This document shows, piece by piece, positions 53,326 to 63,799 of a DNA stretch of 64,000 nucleotides (positions within the stretch are counted from its first letter, which is position 1; each line of letters starts with the position of its first letter). Position numbers and translations under genes: made by a program. The notes under the pieces were generated by a model. That model was not told where the DNA came from. It saw only the letters and a list, made by a program, of their open reading frames with translations, and made no database searches. This DNA is from an uncultured Spirochaetota bacterium. GTDB lineage: Bacteria > Spirochaetota > Spirochaetia > SZUA-6 > CAVTHK01. The stretch covers positions 672,001 through 736,000 of the forward strand of contig CAVTHK010000011.1 in the NCBI GenBank assembly GCA_963734495.1. Reading direction: 5' to 3'.

Positions 53326-54502
53326 CGGTTCGCGGCACGAGCCCTCGCCCGCGCAGCTCTTCGACCTTTTCCTTCACCAGCGCGGCGAGCTCCGAGCCGG
53401 GCTCCAGGCCCGAGACCTCGCGAAGCACGGCGTCGATGCCGTCCGTCTCGCGCCTGCGCGCGAGCTCGAGCGCGATCGGGTCCGAAGGCTCGTCGTAGAA
53501 GAGCGCCGCCGCGATCGAGATCGCCAGGCTCTCGGGACGGCCGCCGTACTGCAGCACCAGGCGCGCGGCCCCCACCAGCCTGTCGGAAGGGCCGAGCTTG
53601 CGGATGGGATCGCGGGCGTTGCGCTCGATCGAGTCCACGATGGTGCGGTCCTGGAACTTGGCGAGCGAAGCGGCCGCGAGCGCGGCCTGCTCTTCGGCGC
53701 TCACGCGGTGTCTGGCGGCGAGCGCTGCGCCGGTCTCGCGGTAAACTCCCCGCACGACTTCGAGGATCTCCGCGTCGTGCCCGGCTTCGGCGAGCACGGT
53801 GTGGCCCTTGAGATAGCCGAGATACGAGACGGTCGCGTTCGCCGCGTTGTAGGTGTAGATCTTGCGCTCGAGGAAGCCCTCGAAGCCGGCCTTGGGATCG
53901 AGGCCCTCGAGCGGCGGAAGCGCGCCGCGGATCGCGGCCGCGTCGATGGGGAGGTGCGGGTAGTCCTGGATGTTGACGGCGAGCGGATCGGCCGCGCGGA
54001 CCGCGGGGTCCGGATCGATCGCGGAGCAGAGCACGGCGGACTCGACAAAGCCGACGCCGCGCACGAGCGCCTCGCGCTCGTTATGCGGGAGGCCGGCCTC
54101 GACGGCTTCGCGCAGGGCGGCCGCTGGGTGGATCCAGTTCTCGCACGTGATGATGTTGAAGGGAAGGTTCCCGCCCGCGATCCTCCGCCGCAGCGCGGGC
54201 GCCAGGGCCGCGCCCAGCTCGCCCAGGTTCTTGCCGCCCACGCAGGTAAAGGCGAGCGGCGCCGACGCGATCGCGCCGCCGAAAGCGGCGGAGTCGGCGA
54301 GCGCGACCGCGCGGACCCCCGTGATCCGCCGGCTCTTCTGCGGCGCGCCGAGCACGTGCACCGTCCATCCGCCCGCCGCGTTGATGCGCTCGACGAGGGC
54401 GCGGTCGCGCTCGGCGAGCACGAAGGGCACGCCGCTCGCCGCGAGCAGCGAGCCGAGGAAGCCGCGGCCGATCTTGCCGGCCCCGATCACGACGCAGCTC
54501 AT
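53312..54502 (-). CDS. Mannitol-1-phosphate 5-dehydrogenase-like polyol-phosphate dehydrogenase
   Basis: GAGKIGRGF, ITCEN, ERKIYTYN, RDPIRKLGPSDRL. Confidence 0.85.
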   Translation of the reverse strand: MSCVVIGAGKIGRGFLGSLLAASGVPFVLAERDRALVERINAAGGWTVHVLGAPQKSRRITGVRAVALADSAAFGGAIASAPLAFTCVGGKNLGELGAALAPALRRRIAGGNLPFNIITCENWIHPAAALREAVEAGLPHNEREALVRGVGFVESAVLCSAIDPDPAVRAADPLAVNIQDYPHLPIDAAAIRGALPPLEGLDPKAGFEGFLERKIYTYNAANATVSYLGYLKGHTVLAEAGHDAEILEVVRGVYRETGAALAARHRVSAEEQAALAAASLAKFQDRTIVDSIERNARDPIRKLGPSDRLVGAARLVLQYGGRPESLAISIAAALFYDEPSDPIALELARRRETDGIDAVLREVSGLEPGSELAALVKEKVEELRGRGLVPRTVNPR

Positions 54503-55925
54503 CGAGCCTCCTTCCTGATCGCCGCCAGGCGCGCAAAGCTCCCCCTGAGGGCGGGGTAGAGCGACGCGTACAGCGCGTAGCGCGCCTCCAGCAGCGAAGC
54601 GCGCTCGGGCCGCGGCGCCACCTCGGCTTCGAGCGCGACCCAGGCCCCGGCCGCCTCGGCAAGGTCCGCGAAGCGCCCGGCGCCGACCGCCGCGATCATC
54701 GCCGCCCCGAGGGCGGCGCACGCCTTCTGCCTGACCACGACAAAGGGCCTCTGGAACGCGTCCGCTTTGGCCCGTGTGACCGCCTCCGCCAGCGGTCCGT
54801 CGGGGGCCGTTCTGACCGGGCCGGGGGCGTGCGCGTCGATGAGCGCGGCGATCTGCCGCAGGCTCAAGGCGACGCCCTCGCAGACCGCGGCGAGCAGGTC
54901 GCCCGGCTCGTGGCCGCGCCCCAGGCCGAAGAGCACGCCGCGGGCGTCCGGGTCGAAGTGCGGCGCCCGCTCGCCCTGCAGGTACGGCAGGAACAGGGGC
55001 GTGTCCGGGCCGGTGTCGGCCGGCGCCCGCGGCCCGAAGGTGCGCAGGCCCCAGTCGAGCGAGACTCCGCTCGCGGCCGTCACGCCGTAGTGCACGTTGT
55101 GCAGGAGGCCGGGCCCGTAGACGAGCGGTGTCGTCACCGAGAGCGGGCTGCGGGTCTCGATGCGGGCCAGATGCTCGGAGCTCCCGACAACGTCGGCCCA
55201 GTCGCCGGGCGCGAGCGCGCCCATGCCCGCGAGGGACGCGAAGAAGTCGTTGCAGCCGAGGTACGCGGGCGTCTCCCGCCGGAGGCCGAGCAGGCGCGCG
55301 GCTTCGGCCGTGAGCCGGCCCGGCGCGGACCACGGCGGTTGCAGCTCCGGGAGCCGGCCGGCACCGATGCCGAGCCGCTCGAGCAGCTCGCGGTGGAACG
55401 TGCCGTCCCCGAGATGGGCCAGCCCCCGCCATGTGAAAGGATCAGACACCACCCGCCCGGTCAAATTGAAGTAGACCCAGTCCTTGGGCTGCAGCACCCT
55501 CGCCGCCCGCTCCCATCCGCTCCCCGGCGTCCGCGCCATCCACAGGATCCGCGGCGCGGGGTACGAGACCATCGCTGGGTGCGGCATGGAGATGTGCTCG
55601 ACCCAGAACGCCGGCGGCAGCCGCGTGAGCTCGGCGAGAGCCTCGCCGCCTTCGCCGGCGCTCCAGGGGACGACCCGCGGCTCGCCGCCGCGATCGGGGT
55701 CCCAGAGCAGGTAGGTGTTCGTCTGGCCCGCGAGGCCGATGGCGGCGACGGCGTCGAGCCTCCCCGCAGCCGCGCGACCGCGGCTTCGATCGCCGACATC
55801 CACGCGCGCGGTCCCGTCAGGTCGGGCGCGTACGGCACGCGCACGCTCTCTTCGCTCGACTCCGTGCGCAGGAGGGCCTTGACCGATGAGGTGCCGATGT
55901 CGATGCCGAGAAACGAGTCGCCCAA
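54499..55925 (-). CDS. FGGY family carbohydrate kinase (xylulokinase-like; frameshift near 55770)
   Basis: LGIDIGTSSVK, QPKDW, FLPYLQGERAP, AVCEGVA, AALGAAMIA. Confidence 0.87.
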
Positions 55926-56018
55926 TCCGGCTTCCCACTATACGGGCGCGGGCGCCGGCGTGTCACGCGGTGCGCGCGCTCCTTGACCGCGGCCGCGGGC
56001 GAGCCTATCTTCCGTGAA

Positions 56019-56408
56019 ATGGAAGAAACAGACCATCTCCGGGAGGAGCTCGAGAGCTTCCGCAGGGAGCGCGACCGGGTCCGGCAGATCATCGGGCAGA
56101 TCGGCGGAAACGTCTCTCCGGCCAGGGAGCGCGCGGTGAACGCGGCGTTCCTGACCGCGGTCGGGCTGCTGTTCGCGGCGAGCCTCGCTCGCGAGGCGTT
56201 CGGGCTCGACGTGGCGCATCTCTCGGCGACGCTCTCCATGGAGATCGCCGTGCTCCTCGTCTCGCTGAAGATCGCATGGATGATGCGCAGGCAGACGCGC
56301 GTGGACCACTTTCAGTTCTGGATCCTGAACTCGATCGAGTTCAGGATCGACGCCATCGACCGCAGGCTCTCCGAGATCCGGAAGGGCGCGGGCGCGCGGG
56401 ACAAGTAG
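56019..56408 (+). CDS. Hypothetical two-TM membrane protein
   Basis: Clean ORF with two hydrophobic helices, preceded by TTGACC-N17-TATCTT. Confidence 0.7.
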   Translation: MEETDHLREELESFRRERDRVRQIIGQIGGNVSPARERAVNAAFLTAVGLLFAASLAREAFGLDVAHLSATLSMEIAVLLVSLKIAWMMRRQTRVDHFQFWILNSIEFRIDAIDRRLSEIRKGAGARDK

Positions 56409-56409
56409 C

Positions 56410-56851
56410 CTATCGCGGCGCGGGCGTGGCGCTCTTCTGCTCCACGGCGATGCTCAGCCGCTCGGCGCCGGACTTCTTGACCGCCTCCAGCGCCTGCACG
56501 ACGCGATCGAAGACGACGCTGCGGTCTCCCGCGGATGATCACCATCGTGCTGAGGTCGCCCGCAAGGAGCGCCTGCACGCCCACGGTCAGGTCTCCCAGC
56601 GCGATCGGCTTGCCCTGGAGGTAGGTCTGGCCGCGCGCGTCGATGGTCACCTCGATCGGTTCCCGCGGCGCCGCCGGGGCGCGCACGTCCGCCTGCGGCA
56701 GCTTGACCTGCACCCGCGACTCCCGCGCCGGGTTGAAGGTGTAGACCAGGCTGAAGGAGGTGAAGAAGAAGATGAACATGTTGAGGATGATGTCCGTGAT
56801 CGCCACGGACTCCAGGGAAGCCTGGCCCCGCATGTGCGTGCGGATCTTCAT
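56410..56851 (-). CDS. exbD: ExbD/TolR biopolymer transport protein (frameshift near 56530)
   Basis: ITDIILNMFIFF (TM Asp) and VKLPQA; GDRSVVFDRVVQALEAVK lies in the next frame. Confidence 0.82.
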
Positions 56852-57471
56852 ACGACGACTTCCCTCGTCTCACCCGCGAGCGCGCCGATGATCTCGTCGC
56901 CCGCGGTCGACATGTCCCTGGCGTGACGCTCGACGCTCGCGAGCAGCAGGTGGTAGCAGATGTAGTACGGGATCGCGACGATGAGGCCTCCCGCGGTCGT
57001 GATCATCGCCTGGTAGATGCCTGCGGCCAGCGTGCTGACCGTGATGTTCGCGCCGAGAGCCTCCCAGTCCATGAACGCCTTGATCAGGCCCACGATGGTC
57101 CCCAGGAACCCGAGCATCGGCTCGACGCCGATGATGACGAGCAGGCCGGGGAGCCGGCGCTCCAGGCGGCGGATCTGCTCGCCGCCCTCGCGCTCGAGCA
57201 TGCGCTCCAGGCCTTCACGCTTGAGACCCTTGTTCGCGATCGCGAGGGAGAAGAGGCGTCCGATCGGATGGCGGACGTCGCGGCAGCGGGCAAGCGCTTC
57301 CTGCTCGCGCCCCCGCTGCACCAGGAGCAGGATCTCCTGGGTGAACACGGGCAAGTTGAGCCGGATCGACCGGAGGACCCAGACCCTCTCGAGCAGGATA
57401 GCAAGGGCCACGACGGAAAGGGCGATGATCGGGACCATCACCCACCCGCCCTTGATGATGAGAGCCAGCAT
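56848..57471 (-). CDS. exbB: ExbB/MotA/TolQ proton channel
   Basis: GGWVMVPI, PMLGFLGTIVGLI, GIYQAMITTAGGLIVAIP. Confidence 0.88.
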   Translation of the reverse strand: MLALIIKGGWVMVPIIALSVVALAILLERVWVLRSIRLNLPVFTQEILLLVQRGREQEALARCRDVRHPIGRLFSLAIANKGLKREGLERMLEREGGEQIRRLERRLPGLLVIIGVEPMLGFLGTIVGLIKAFMDWEALGANITVSTLAAGIYQAMITTAGGLIVAIPYYICYHLLLASVERHARDMSTAGDEIIGALAGETREVVV

Positions 57472-57575
57472 CGATACCCCCTTCGGGTTAACATACCATC
57501 CGGCGGAGGGTTTGACCGCCGGCGCGGGCATGCGCCGCCTTACAGCCTGCGGCGGAAGCTTCCGAAAATCGGAGT

Positions 57576-58061
57576 GTGAGCCGGTATCCCCTCGTGTTCG
57601 CCGCCGCGGCGGATCCCGCCGACGGACCCGCCGAAGGACCGCAGACCGCGTCGGTGCGCCTCCGCCTCAGGCAGATCGCCGAGCTCTTCCATTCGCAGTT
57701 CGAGCAGAACTGGCTCGTGCTCCTCCTGGAGCGCTTCCCGATGGACGCGGTCGCGATGAACGAGATCCGCGGCCTGCTGCGCCGCGACGCCGCGTTCCTC
57801 GAGCCGGCAAGGCTCGCCGAAGGGCTCGCCGTGCTCGAGGCCTACACGCAGCACCTGCGCCGCTGCCTGCTGCCGGGGCTGCGGGAAAAGCTCGGCATCT
57901 CCGGGCTGCTCCCCGGCGCGCGCCGCGTCTGGGGACGCGAGCAGCTGCTGCTGCGCAGGCTCGTGGCCTATACCTTCCCCTTCAACCTGGAACGCCTGGA
58001 GCGCCTCGCCTCGCAGCTCAAGGATGCCCTCGAAGGCTTCGACGCCGCCAAGAGCGCCTGA
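57576..58061 (+). CDS. Hypothetical protein
   Basis: Helical 161-aa ORF with host-like codon usage. Confidence 0.6.
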   Translation: MSRYPLVFAAAADPADGPAEGPQTASVRLRLRQIAELFHSQFEQNWLVLLLERFPMDAVAMNEIRGLLRRDAAFLEPARLAEGLAVLEAYTQHLRRCLLPGLREKLGISGLLPGARRVWGREQLLLRRLVAYTFPFNLERLERLASQLKDALEGFDAAKSA

Positions 58062-58139
58062 CGGGAGCGCCAGGGGAGCGCCTGAGAGCGCCCCGACGGG
58101 TTTGACACGGCTCGGGCCGCTCCGTAGACTCCGACGCCG

Positions 58140-59063
58140 GTGACACTCCTTCGCGCGGCCGCGGTCGCCGCATGCGTCGCAGTCGCCGCGCGGGCCGGCG
58201 CCTATCCGCTCGAGGTCGTCGACGGCCTGGGCGGACGCGTGACGATCCGCCAGGCCCCCGCCCGCATCGCCTCGCTCACGCTGATGACCGACGAGATCCT
58301 CCTCGACATGGTCGGGCCCGAGAGGCTCGTCGCGGTCACCACCATGGCCGACGATCCCGGCATCTCCAACATCGCGGGCCGCGTGGGCCGCGGGCCGGCG
58401 CGCCTCGCGCTGAACGTCGAGCGGCTCGTGGCTCTGGCGCCGGATCTCGTGTTCCTCGCGAGCTGGAGCGACGCGGACAGCGTCCGGCAGCTCCGCGACG
58501 CGGGACTCGCCGTCTACCGGGTGGGCTCCCCCCGCTCCATCGCGGAGGTGGAGCGGACGATCACGGACATCGGGCGCGTCGTCGGGGCGCCGGAGCAGGC
58601 GCAGGCTCTCGTCCGCGGCATGGACGAGCGGCTCGCGCGGGTCGCGGCCCGGGTCGAGGGGCTCGAGCCCGAACAGCGCGTGCGCGTCCTCGACTACGAC
58701 CTCTCCGGCAGCTCGTTCGGGACGGGCTCCTCGTGGGACGACATCGTGCGCCGCGCGGGCTGCGTCAACGCCGCGGACGGCCTCGCCACCGACGCGTGGG
58801 GCGAAGCGAGCCTCTCGCAGGAAAAGCTCATCGAGCTCGATCCCGACGTCATCGTGCTTCCCGGCTGGAGATGGGAGGACCCGCAGGGCGCCCGCAGGGC
58901 GTACGAGGCGTTCGTGCGCGACCCCGCCTTCCGCGTGCTCGAGGCGGTCCGCGGCGGCCGCGTCCTGCTTGCCGACGAACGGCACAGGCTCGCCACCTCG
59001 CAGTACGTCGCAGGCGCCGTCGAGGACCTGGCGAAGTTCGCGTACCCGCAGCTTTTCCGCTAG
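58140..59063 (+). CDS. Cobalamin/Fe-siderophore ABC substrate-binding protein (BtuF-like)
   Basis: VVDGLG..VTI...PARIASL, NVERLVALAPDLV, EKLIELDPDVI. Upstream promoter TTGACA-N17-TAGACT at 58102-58130. Confidence 0.87.
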   Translation: MTLLRAAAVAACVAVAARAGAYPLEVVDGLGGRVTIRQAPARIASLTLMTDEILLDMVGPERLVAVTTMADDPGISNIAGRVGRGPARLALNVERLVALAPDLVFLASWSDADSVRQLRDAGLAVYRVGSPRSIAEVERTITDIGRVVGAPEQAQALVRGMDERLARVAARVEGLEPEQRVRVLDYDLSGSSFGTGSSWDDIVRRAGCVNAADGLATDAWGEASLSQEKLIELDPDVIVLPGWRWEDPQGARRAYEAFVRDPAFRVLEAVRGGRVLLADERHRLATSQYVAGAVEDLAKFAYPQLFR

Positions 59064-59133
59064 AGCCGCGCCGCGAGGCGCCATGAGGCGCCATGAGGTT
59101 GAGCCGCGCGGTGCCCCGTGCTATACAAGTCGA

Positions 59134-59697
59134 ATGGAAACAACCGCCGCGTGGTTTGAAGCGGGCGGGCCCGCCGACACCGACGAGACGCTCCGCCTCG
59201 CTGCCGCGCGGGCGCGGGCGCTCGGGGTGCGGCACGCCGTCGTCGCTTCCTACAGCGGGGAGACGGGGGCGAAGGCCGCGGCGCTCTTTCGCGGCACGAA
59301 CCTCGTGGTGGTCGGGGGCGTGTACGGCTTCCGCGAGCCGAACCGCGTCGCCATGCAGCCGGGCCACCGCTCCGTCATCGAGACCGCGGGAGGGCGGGTC
59401 CTCTTTGCCGGCCATGCCTTCGGCATGCTGGGCCGCGCCGTCCACAGGAAGTTCGGCGCGCTGCAGGCCGACGAGCTCATCGCGCACGTGCTGCGCCTTC
59501 TGAGCCAGGGGCTCAAGGTGGCCTGCGAAGTGGCCTGCATGGCGGTGGACGCCGGGCTCGTCCCGGCGGGCGAGGAGACTGTCGCGATCGGCGGCACGGG
59601 GCAGGGCGCCGACACGGCGATCGTCCTGCGGCCCAGCAACACGCACGCCTTTTTCGAAACGCGCATCCTCGAAATCGTCTGCAAACCCAGGGGCTGA
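59134..59697 (+). CDS. Stand-alone pyruvate-kinase C-terminal-like protein (COG1751-like)
   Basis: VVASYSGETG, GLKVACEVACMAVDAG, AIGGTGQGADTA, EIVCKP. Confidence 0.78.
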   Translation: METTAAWFEAGGPADTDETLRLAAARARALGVRHAVVASYSGETGAKAAALFRGTNLVVVGGVYGFREPNRVAMQPGHRSVIETAGGRVLFAGHAFGMLGRAVHRKFGALQADELIAHVLRLLSQGLKVACEVACMAVDAGLVPAGEETVAIGGTGQGADTAIVLRPSNTHAFFETRILEIVCKPRG

Positions 59698-59699
59698 CG

Positions 59700-60914
59700 G
59701 TGACGACCGCCGGGATCGCGACGCAAGCCGGGCGCCCCGGGGAGATGCTCGGCACCTGCGCCGGCGCCCTGCTCGAATTCCTCGTGGTCTCGATGAGCGG
59801 CCTCCTCGTTCCGCTGATGGCCATGGAGCTGGGGGCCTCGGCCGTGGCGATCGGCGTGCTGATCGGCGTCACGAACGTCGGCGCCCTGGTCGCCGCGGTC
59901 CCCGCGGGCTTCCTGGTCGCGCGGATGGGCACGCGGCGCCTCATCGTCGGCTCGTGCCTGCTCGCCGGAGCGAGCTGCTTTTTCGTCTACCTGTTTCCGT
60001 CGATGGCGAGCCTCTACCTCGGGCTCACCGTGTTCGGCGTCGGCTGGACCGTCTTTGCCGTGGCCGTGCAGTGCCACATCGGCGCGCTCGGCGGCAAGGG
60101 CGACGTGAACACGAACTTCGGGTGGTACGGGACGTCGGTGGCCGTGGGCCAGATGGTCGGCCCCCTCCTTTCCGGGATCCTCATCGACACGGCGGGCACC
60201 TCGGTCGCGTGGCTGGTGATGGCGATCCTCGTGACCGCGACGGGCGCGGGTCTCACGTTCGTCATCGGGCCGGGCACGATCGAGGGCCCCGCCCCGGGAG
60301 CCGAAAAGCGCCCGCCTTTCCGCCTCGCCTCCCTCATGAACCTGGCGATCGCGGTGGGGATCCTCTCGAGCTTCGTCTCGATCTTCGCGCTCGGGGTGCG
60401 CACTTCGTTCTTTCCCGTCTTCCTGATCGAAGCCGGCTACACCGCCTCGCTGATCGGCGCCATCGACTCCGTGCGCGGCCTCACCTCCGTCGCCTCGCGC
60501 GCGTCGATCGGTCCGGCGCTCAAGCTGCTCGGCGGCCGTTTTCCCCTCCTCACCGTCTGCCACGTGATCCTCGCCGCCGGGATCGCGGCGACGCCCTTCT
60601 GCGTCTCCGTCCCGCTCCTGATGGCGAGCGCGGTCCTCATCGGCATCGGCTTCGGCGTCGTGACCCCGGTCTGCCAGGCGATCGTGTTCGACGGAGCGCC
60701 GCTGGAGCACCGCAGCGTAGCCATGGGGGTGCGCATGACGGGGAACCGCCTCGCGCAGATGGCCAGCCCTCTCGCCTTCGGCTTCGTCATCGCGAAGCTC
60801 GACATGTCCGCCGCCTTCGTTGCGAGCGGGATCCTGCTGTTCGCGCTGACATCGCCGATGATCTTCTGGTGGGTGCGGGCTCAGCGCGCCACCGGCCGCG
60901 CGCCCGCGCTGTAG
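59700..60914 (+). CDS. MFS transporter
   Basis: About 12 hydrophobic segments; GFLVARMGTRR motif A. Confidence 0.88.
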   Translation: MTTAGIATQAGRPGEMLGTCAGALLEFLVVSMSGLLVPLMAMELGASAVAIGVLIGVTNVGALVAAVPAGFLVARMGTRRLIVGSCLLAGASCFFVYLFPSMASLYLGLTVFGVGWTVFAVAVQCHIGALGGKGDVNTNFGWYGTSVAVGQMVGPLLSGILIDTAGTSVAWLVMAILVTATGAGLTFVIGPGTIEGPAPGAEKRPPFRLASLMNLAIAVGILSSFVSIFALGVRTSFFPVFLIEAGYTASLIGAIDSVRGLTSVASRASIGPALKLLGGRFPLLTVCHVILAAGIAATPFCVSVPLLMASAVLIGIGFGVVTPVCQAIVFDGAPLEHRSVAMGVRMTGNRLAQMASPLAFGFVIAKLDMSAAFVASGILLFALTSPMIFWWVRAQRATGRAPAL

Positions 60915-60927
60915 CGGAGGCAAACCG

Positions 60928-61986
60928 ATGCCGGCCGCCGTCACGAATCGATCGAAACCCTCGCGCCTCGCGCTGCCGCTGCTGCTGGTGCTGCTCGCGC
61001 TCATCGTCCCGTTCGCCTGCGGTCTGGGCTCGGTGCCCGTCGCGCCCGCCGAGGTCGTGCGCTCCGTGGCCTCCGCGCTCGGCGTGCGCGCGTTCGGAAG
61101 CCCGTCCGCCGCTTCCGCCGCCATCGTGCTGCAGGTTCGCCTGCCGCGCGTCCTGGTGGCGCTGCTCGTCGGCGCGGGCCTCGCGCTCGCGGGCGCGGTG
61201 ATGCAGGGCCTCTTCCGCAACCCGATGGCGAGCCCCGACGTGCTGGGCGTTTCCGCGGGCGGGAGCCTCGGCGCCGTGCTGGCCATCGCGACCGGGCTCG
61301 CCGACCTCCGCCTGGAGGCCCTGCCCCTGTTCGCCCTCGCGGGCTCGCTCGCGGCCGCGCTCGTCGTGTACGCGATCGCCACGGGCAGGGGCAGCACGTC
61401 GCTGCTCTTTCTCATCCTGGCGGGTCTCGCGGTCTCCTCGCTGCTCAACGGCCTGATCAGCGGCGTGCTCCTGCTCGCGCGCGAGCAGGAGGTGAGCCGG
61501 TTCATTTTCTGGACCATGGGCGGCCTCGACGGCCGCAGGTGGGTGCACGTGCAGATGACGCTGCTCGTCGCCGTCCCCTGCGGGGCCGTGCTGCTCGCCT
61601 CGAGCCGGGAGCTGAACCTGCTGATGCTCGGCGAGGAAGGCGCGCACGCGCTCGGCCTCCGCGTCGAGACCGCCAAGCGCGTCCTCCTCGGCGTCGCGGC
61701 GCTGCTGACCGGGGCGGCCGTGGCCGTGAGCGGCACCATCGGCTTCGTCGGCCTGCTCGTGCCCCACCTGCTGCGGCTGCTCGTCGGCCCGGACCACAGG
61801 CGCCTGCTTCCCGCCTCGGCCGCGGGCGGCGCCCTCTTCCTCGTGCTGTGCGACCTGATCGCGCGCACCGTGCTCGCGCCCTTCGAGCTGCGGGTCGGGA
61901 TCGTCACCGCCCTGATCGGCTCGCCCTACCTTCTCTTTCTGATCCTGAGGTACAGGGGAAGGGGGACGCTTGACCCCTTCCGTTGA
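60928..61986 (+). CDS. FecCD/BtuC family ABC permease
   Basis: RLPRV, QGLFRNPMASP, GEEGAHALG, IGFVGLLVPH. Confidence 0.92.
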   Translation: MPAAVTNRSKPSRLALPLLLVLLALIVPFACGLGSVPVAPAEVVRSVASALGVRAFGSPSAASAAIVLQVRLPRVLVALLVGAGLALAGAVMQGLFRNPMASPDVLGVSAGGSLGAVLAIATGLADLRLEALPLFALAGSLAAALVVYAIATGRGSTSLLFLILAGLAVSSLLNGLISGVLLLAREQEVSRFIFWTMGGLDGRRWVHVQMTLLVAVPCGAVLLASSRELNLLMLGEEGAHALGLRVETAKRVLLGVAALLTGAAVAVSGTIGFVGLLVPHLLRLLVGPDHRRLLPASAAGGALFLVLCDLIARTVLAPFELRVGIVTALIGSPYLLFLILRYRGRGTLDPFR

Positions 61987-62759
61987 GCTGCGCGCGGAGG
62001 CCGTGAGCTACGCGATCCGCGGCCGTCCGATCCTCTCCGAAGTGAGCCTCGCGGTCCGCGGGGGCGAGCTCGTCGGCCTGGTCGGCCCCAACGGCGCGGG
62101 CAAGTCGACGCTGCTGCGGCTGCTCGACCGGATCCTGCGGCCGACGTCGGGCAGCATCGCGCTCGACGGGCGGCCGCTCGCCGCCTTCGGCCCGCGGGAG
62201 CGTCGCGCGGCGGATGACGTTCATGAGCCAGGACATGCAGCCCGCCTTCAACCTGCCCGTCCTCGAAGTGGCTCTGCTCGGCCGCTATGCCCACGTGCGG
62301 CGGCTCGAGGCATTTTCGGAGGCCGACCGCGCCGTCGCGGCGGCTGCCCTCTCGACCGTCGGGCTCGACGGCTTCGACGAGCGGCCGTTCCACGAGCTGT
62401 CGACGGGCGAGAAGCACCTCGTGCTGTTCGCGAGGGTCCTGGTGCAGGAGGCCGCGGTGCTGCTGCTCGACGAGCCCACCGCGAACCTCGACATCACGCA
62501 CCGCGAGCGGATCTTCTCCCTCGCGTCGCAGGCGGCAGGCAGGGGGTGCGCCGTCGTCGCGGCCATTCACGACCTCAACGAGGCCGCCGCGCACTGCTCG
62601 CGGCTGGCTCTCCTGCACCGGGGGCGGATCGTCGCCGACGGCGCCCCGGAGGCCGTCCTCAGGCCCGAGGTGCTCGAGCCCGTCTACGGGGTGCGCGCCG
62701 TCGTCACCCGCAGCCTCGCGACCGGCGCGCTGCTGGTCGAGGTGCCGAAGCCGCGCTGA
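61970..62759 (+). CDS. Fe/cobalamin ABC ATPase (frameshift near 62210)
   Basis: GPNGAGKST in one frame; LSTGE, LLLDEPT and HDLN in the next. Confidence 0.87.
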
Positions 62760-63796
62760 CCCGCGCGGGAGCCGCGGCCCGCGAGGCGGCGCACCGCGGT
62801 CCCGGGCACGAGCTGCGAGTCGACGATCACGTCGCGGTTCTCGAGGTCCGGCTCGCCGAGCCGCTCTAGGATCAGCTCCCCCGCCCTGGTCCCGATCTCG
62901 CGCGCGTCGAGCGTCACGATGCTCGGCTGCGTGTACATCAGCTCCGCGCCCGCGATGCTGCCGTAGGCCGCGACCGAGACGTCCTGCGGCACGCGGATGG
63001 CGCTCGCGCGGAGGTATCGCAGCGCGCCGATGGCCATGGCGTTGTTCATGGCGATCAGCGCCGTGGGCCTCGCCCGGCGCGAGCAGAGGGCCCGCGCGCC
63101 GTCGAAGCCGGACTCTTCGCCGAAGTCGCCGTCGTGCCTCAGGGGATAGCGGTCGTCGACGGCGAGTCCGCTCTCCCGCATCGCGTCGACGAATCCCCTG
63201 TACCGTTCCCTGCCCGTGCTGAGCGTCTGCGGACCGTTGAGCACGCCGATGCGCCGGTGCCCGAGCCCGATCAGGTGCCGCGTGAGGACGCCCGCTCCCC
63301 GCCGGTTGTCGCTGTCGACGAAGTCGCCGCGGAAGCCGGGCGATCGCCGCAGCCTCCGGGACACGAGCACCACAGGCGTCGTCCGGCTGATGCCCGAGAT
63401 CATCGCGTCGTTGCTCCCCGTCGTGTTGATGATCAGCCCGTCCACCCTGCGGCTCACGAGCGTCGTGAGGTACGAGGCCTCGCGCTCGCGCAGCCCGTCG
63501 GTGCTGCAGACGATGATGTTGTAGCCCTCGCCGGAGACGCGGTCCTCGATGGCCCTCGCCATGGACGTGAAGTGCACGTTGGAGATGTCGGAGACGACGA
63601 AGCCTATGATCTTCGTCTCGCTCTTCTTGAGGCTGCGGGCGATCTCGTTGGGGTGCCATGCGAGCTTCGCGATCGCGCCGAGGACGCGGGCCCGGGTGCC
63701 GCCGGCTACGGGGTAGTTGTCGTTCACCACCCGCGAGACGGTGGCCGTCGAGACCCGCGCGGCCCTCGCAACGTCCGTGATGCTCGCCCGCCGCAT
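62684..63796 (-). CDS. LacI family transcriptional regulator
   Basis: SITDVARAARVSTATVSRV HTH and VPQDVSV. Confidence 0.93.
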   Translation of the reverse strand: MRRASITDVARAARVSTATVSRVVNDNYPVAGGTRARVLGAIAKLAWHPNEIARSLKKSETKIIGFVVSDISNVHFTSMARAIEDRVSGEGYNIIVCSTDGLREREASYLTTLVSRRVDGLIINTTGSNDAMISGISRTTPVVLVSRRLRRSPGFRGDFVDSDNRRGAGVLTRHLIGLGHRRIGVLNGPQTLSTGRERYRGFVDAMRESGLAVDDRYPLRHDGDFGEESGFDGARALCSRRARPTALIAMNNAMAIGALRYLRASAIRVPQDVSVAAYGSIAGAELMYTQPSIVTLDAREIGTRAGELILERLGEPDLENRDVIVDSQLVPGTAVRRLAGRGSRAGQRGFGTSTSSAPVARLRVTTARTP

Positions 63797-63799
63797 TTC

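Noticed and set aside
50928-61907. Long alternative-frame or antisense ORFs (e.g. 50928-53498, 59250-61907)
   Set aside because: These are Arg/Ala/Pro-rich shadow ORFs, expected at this GC content, and they overlap well-supported genes.
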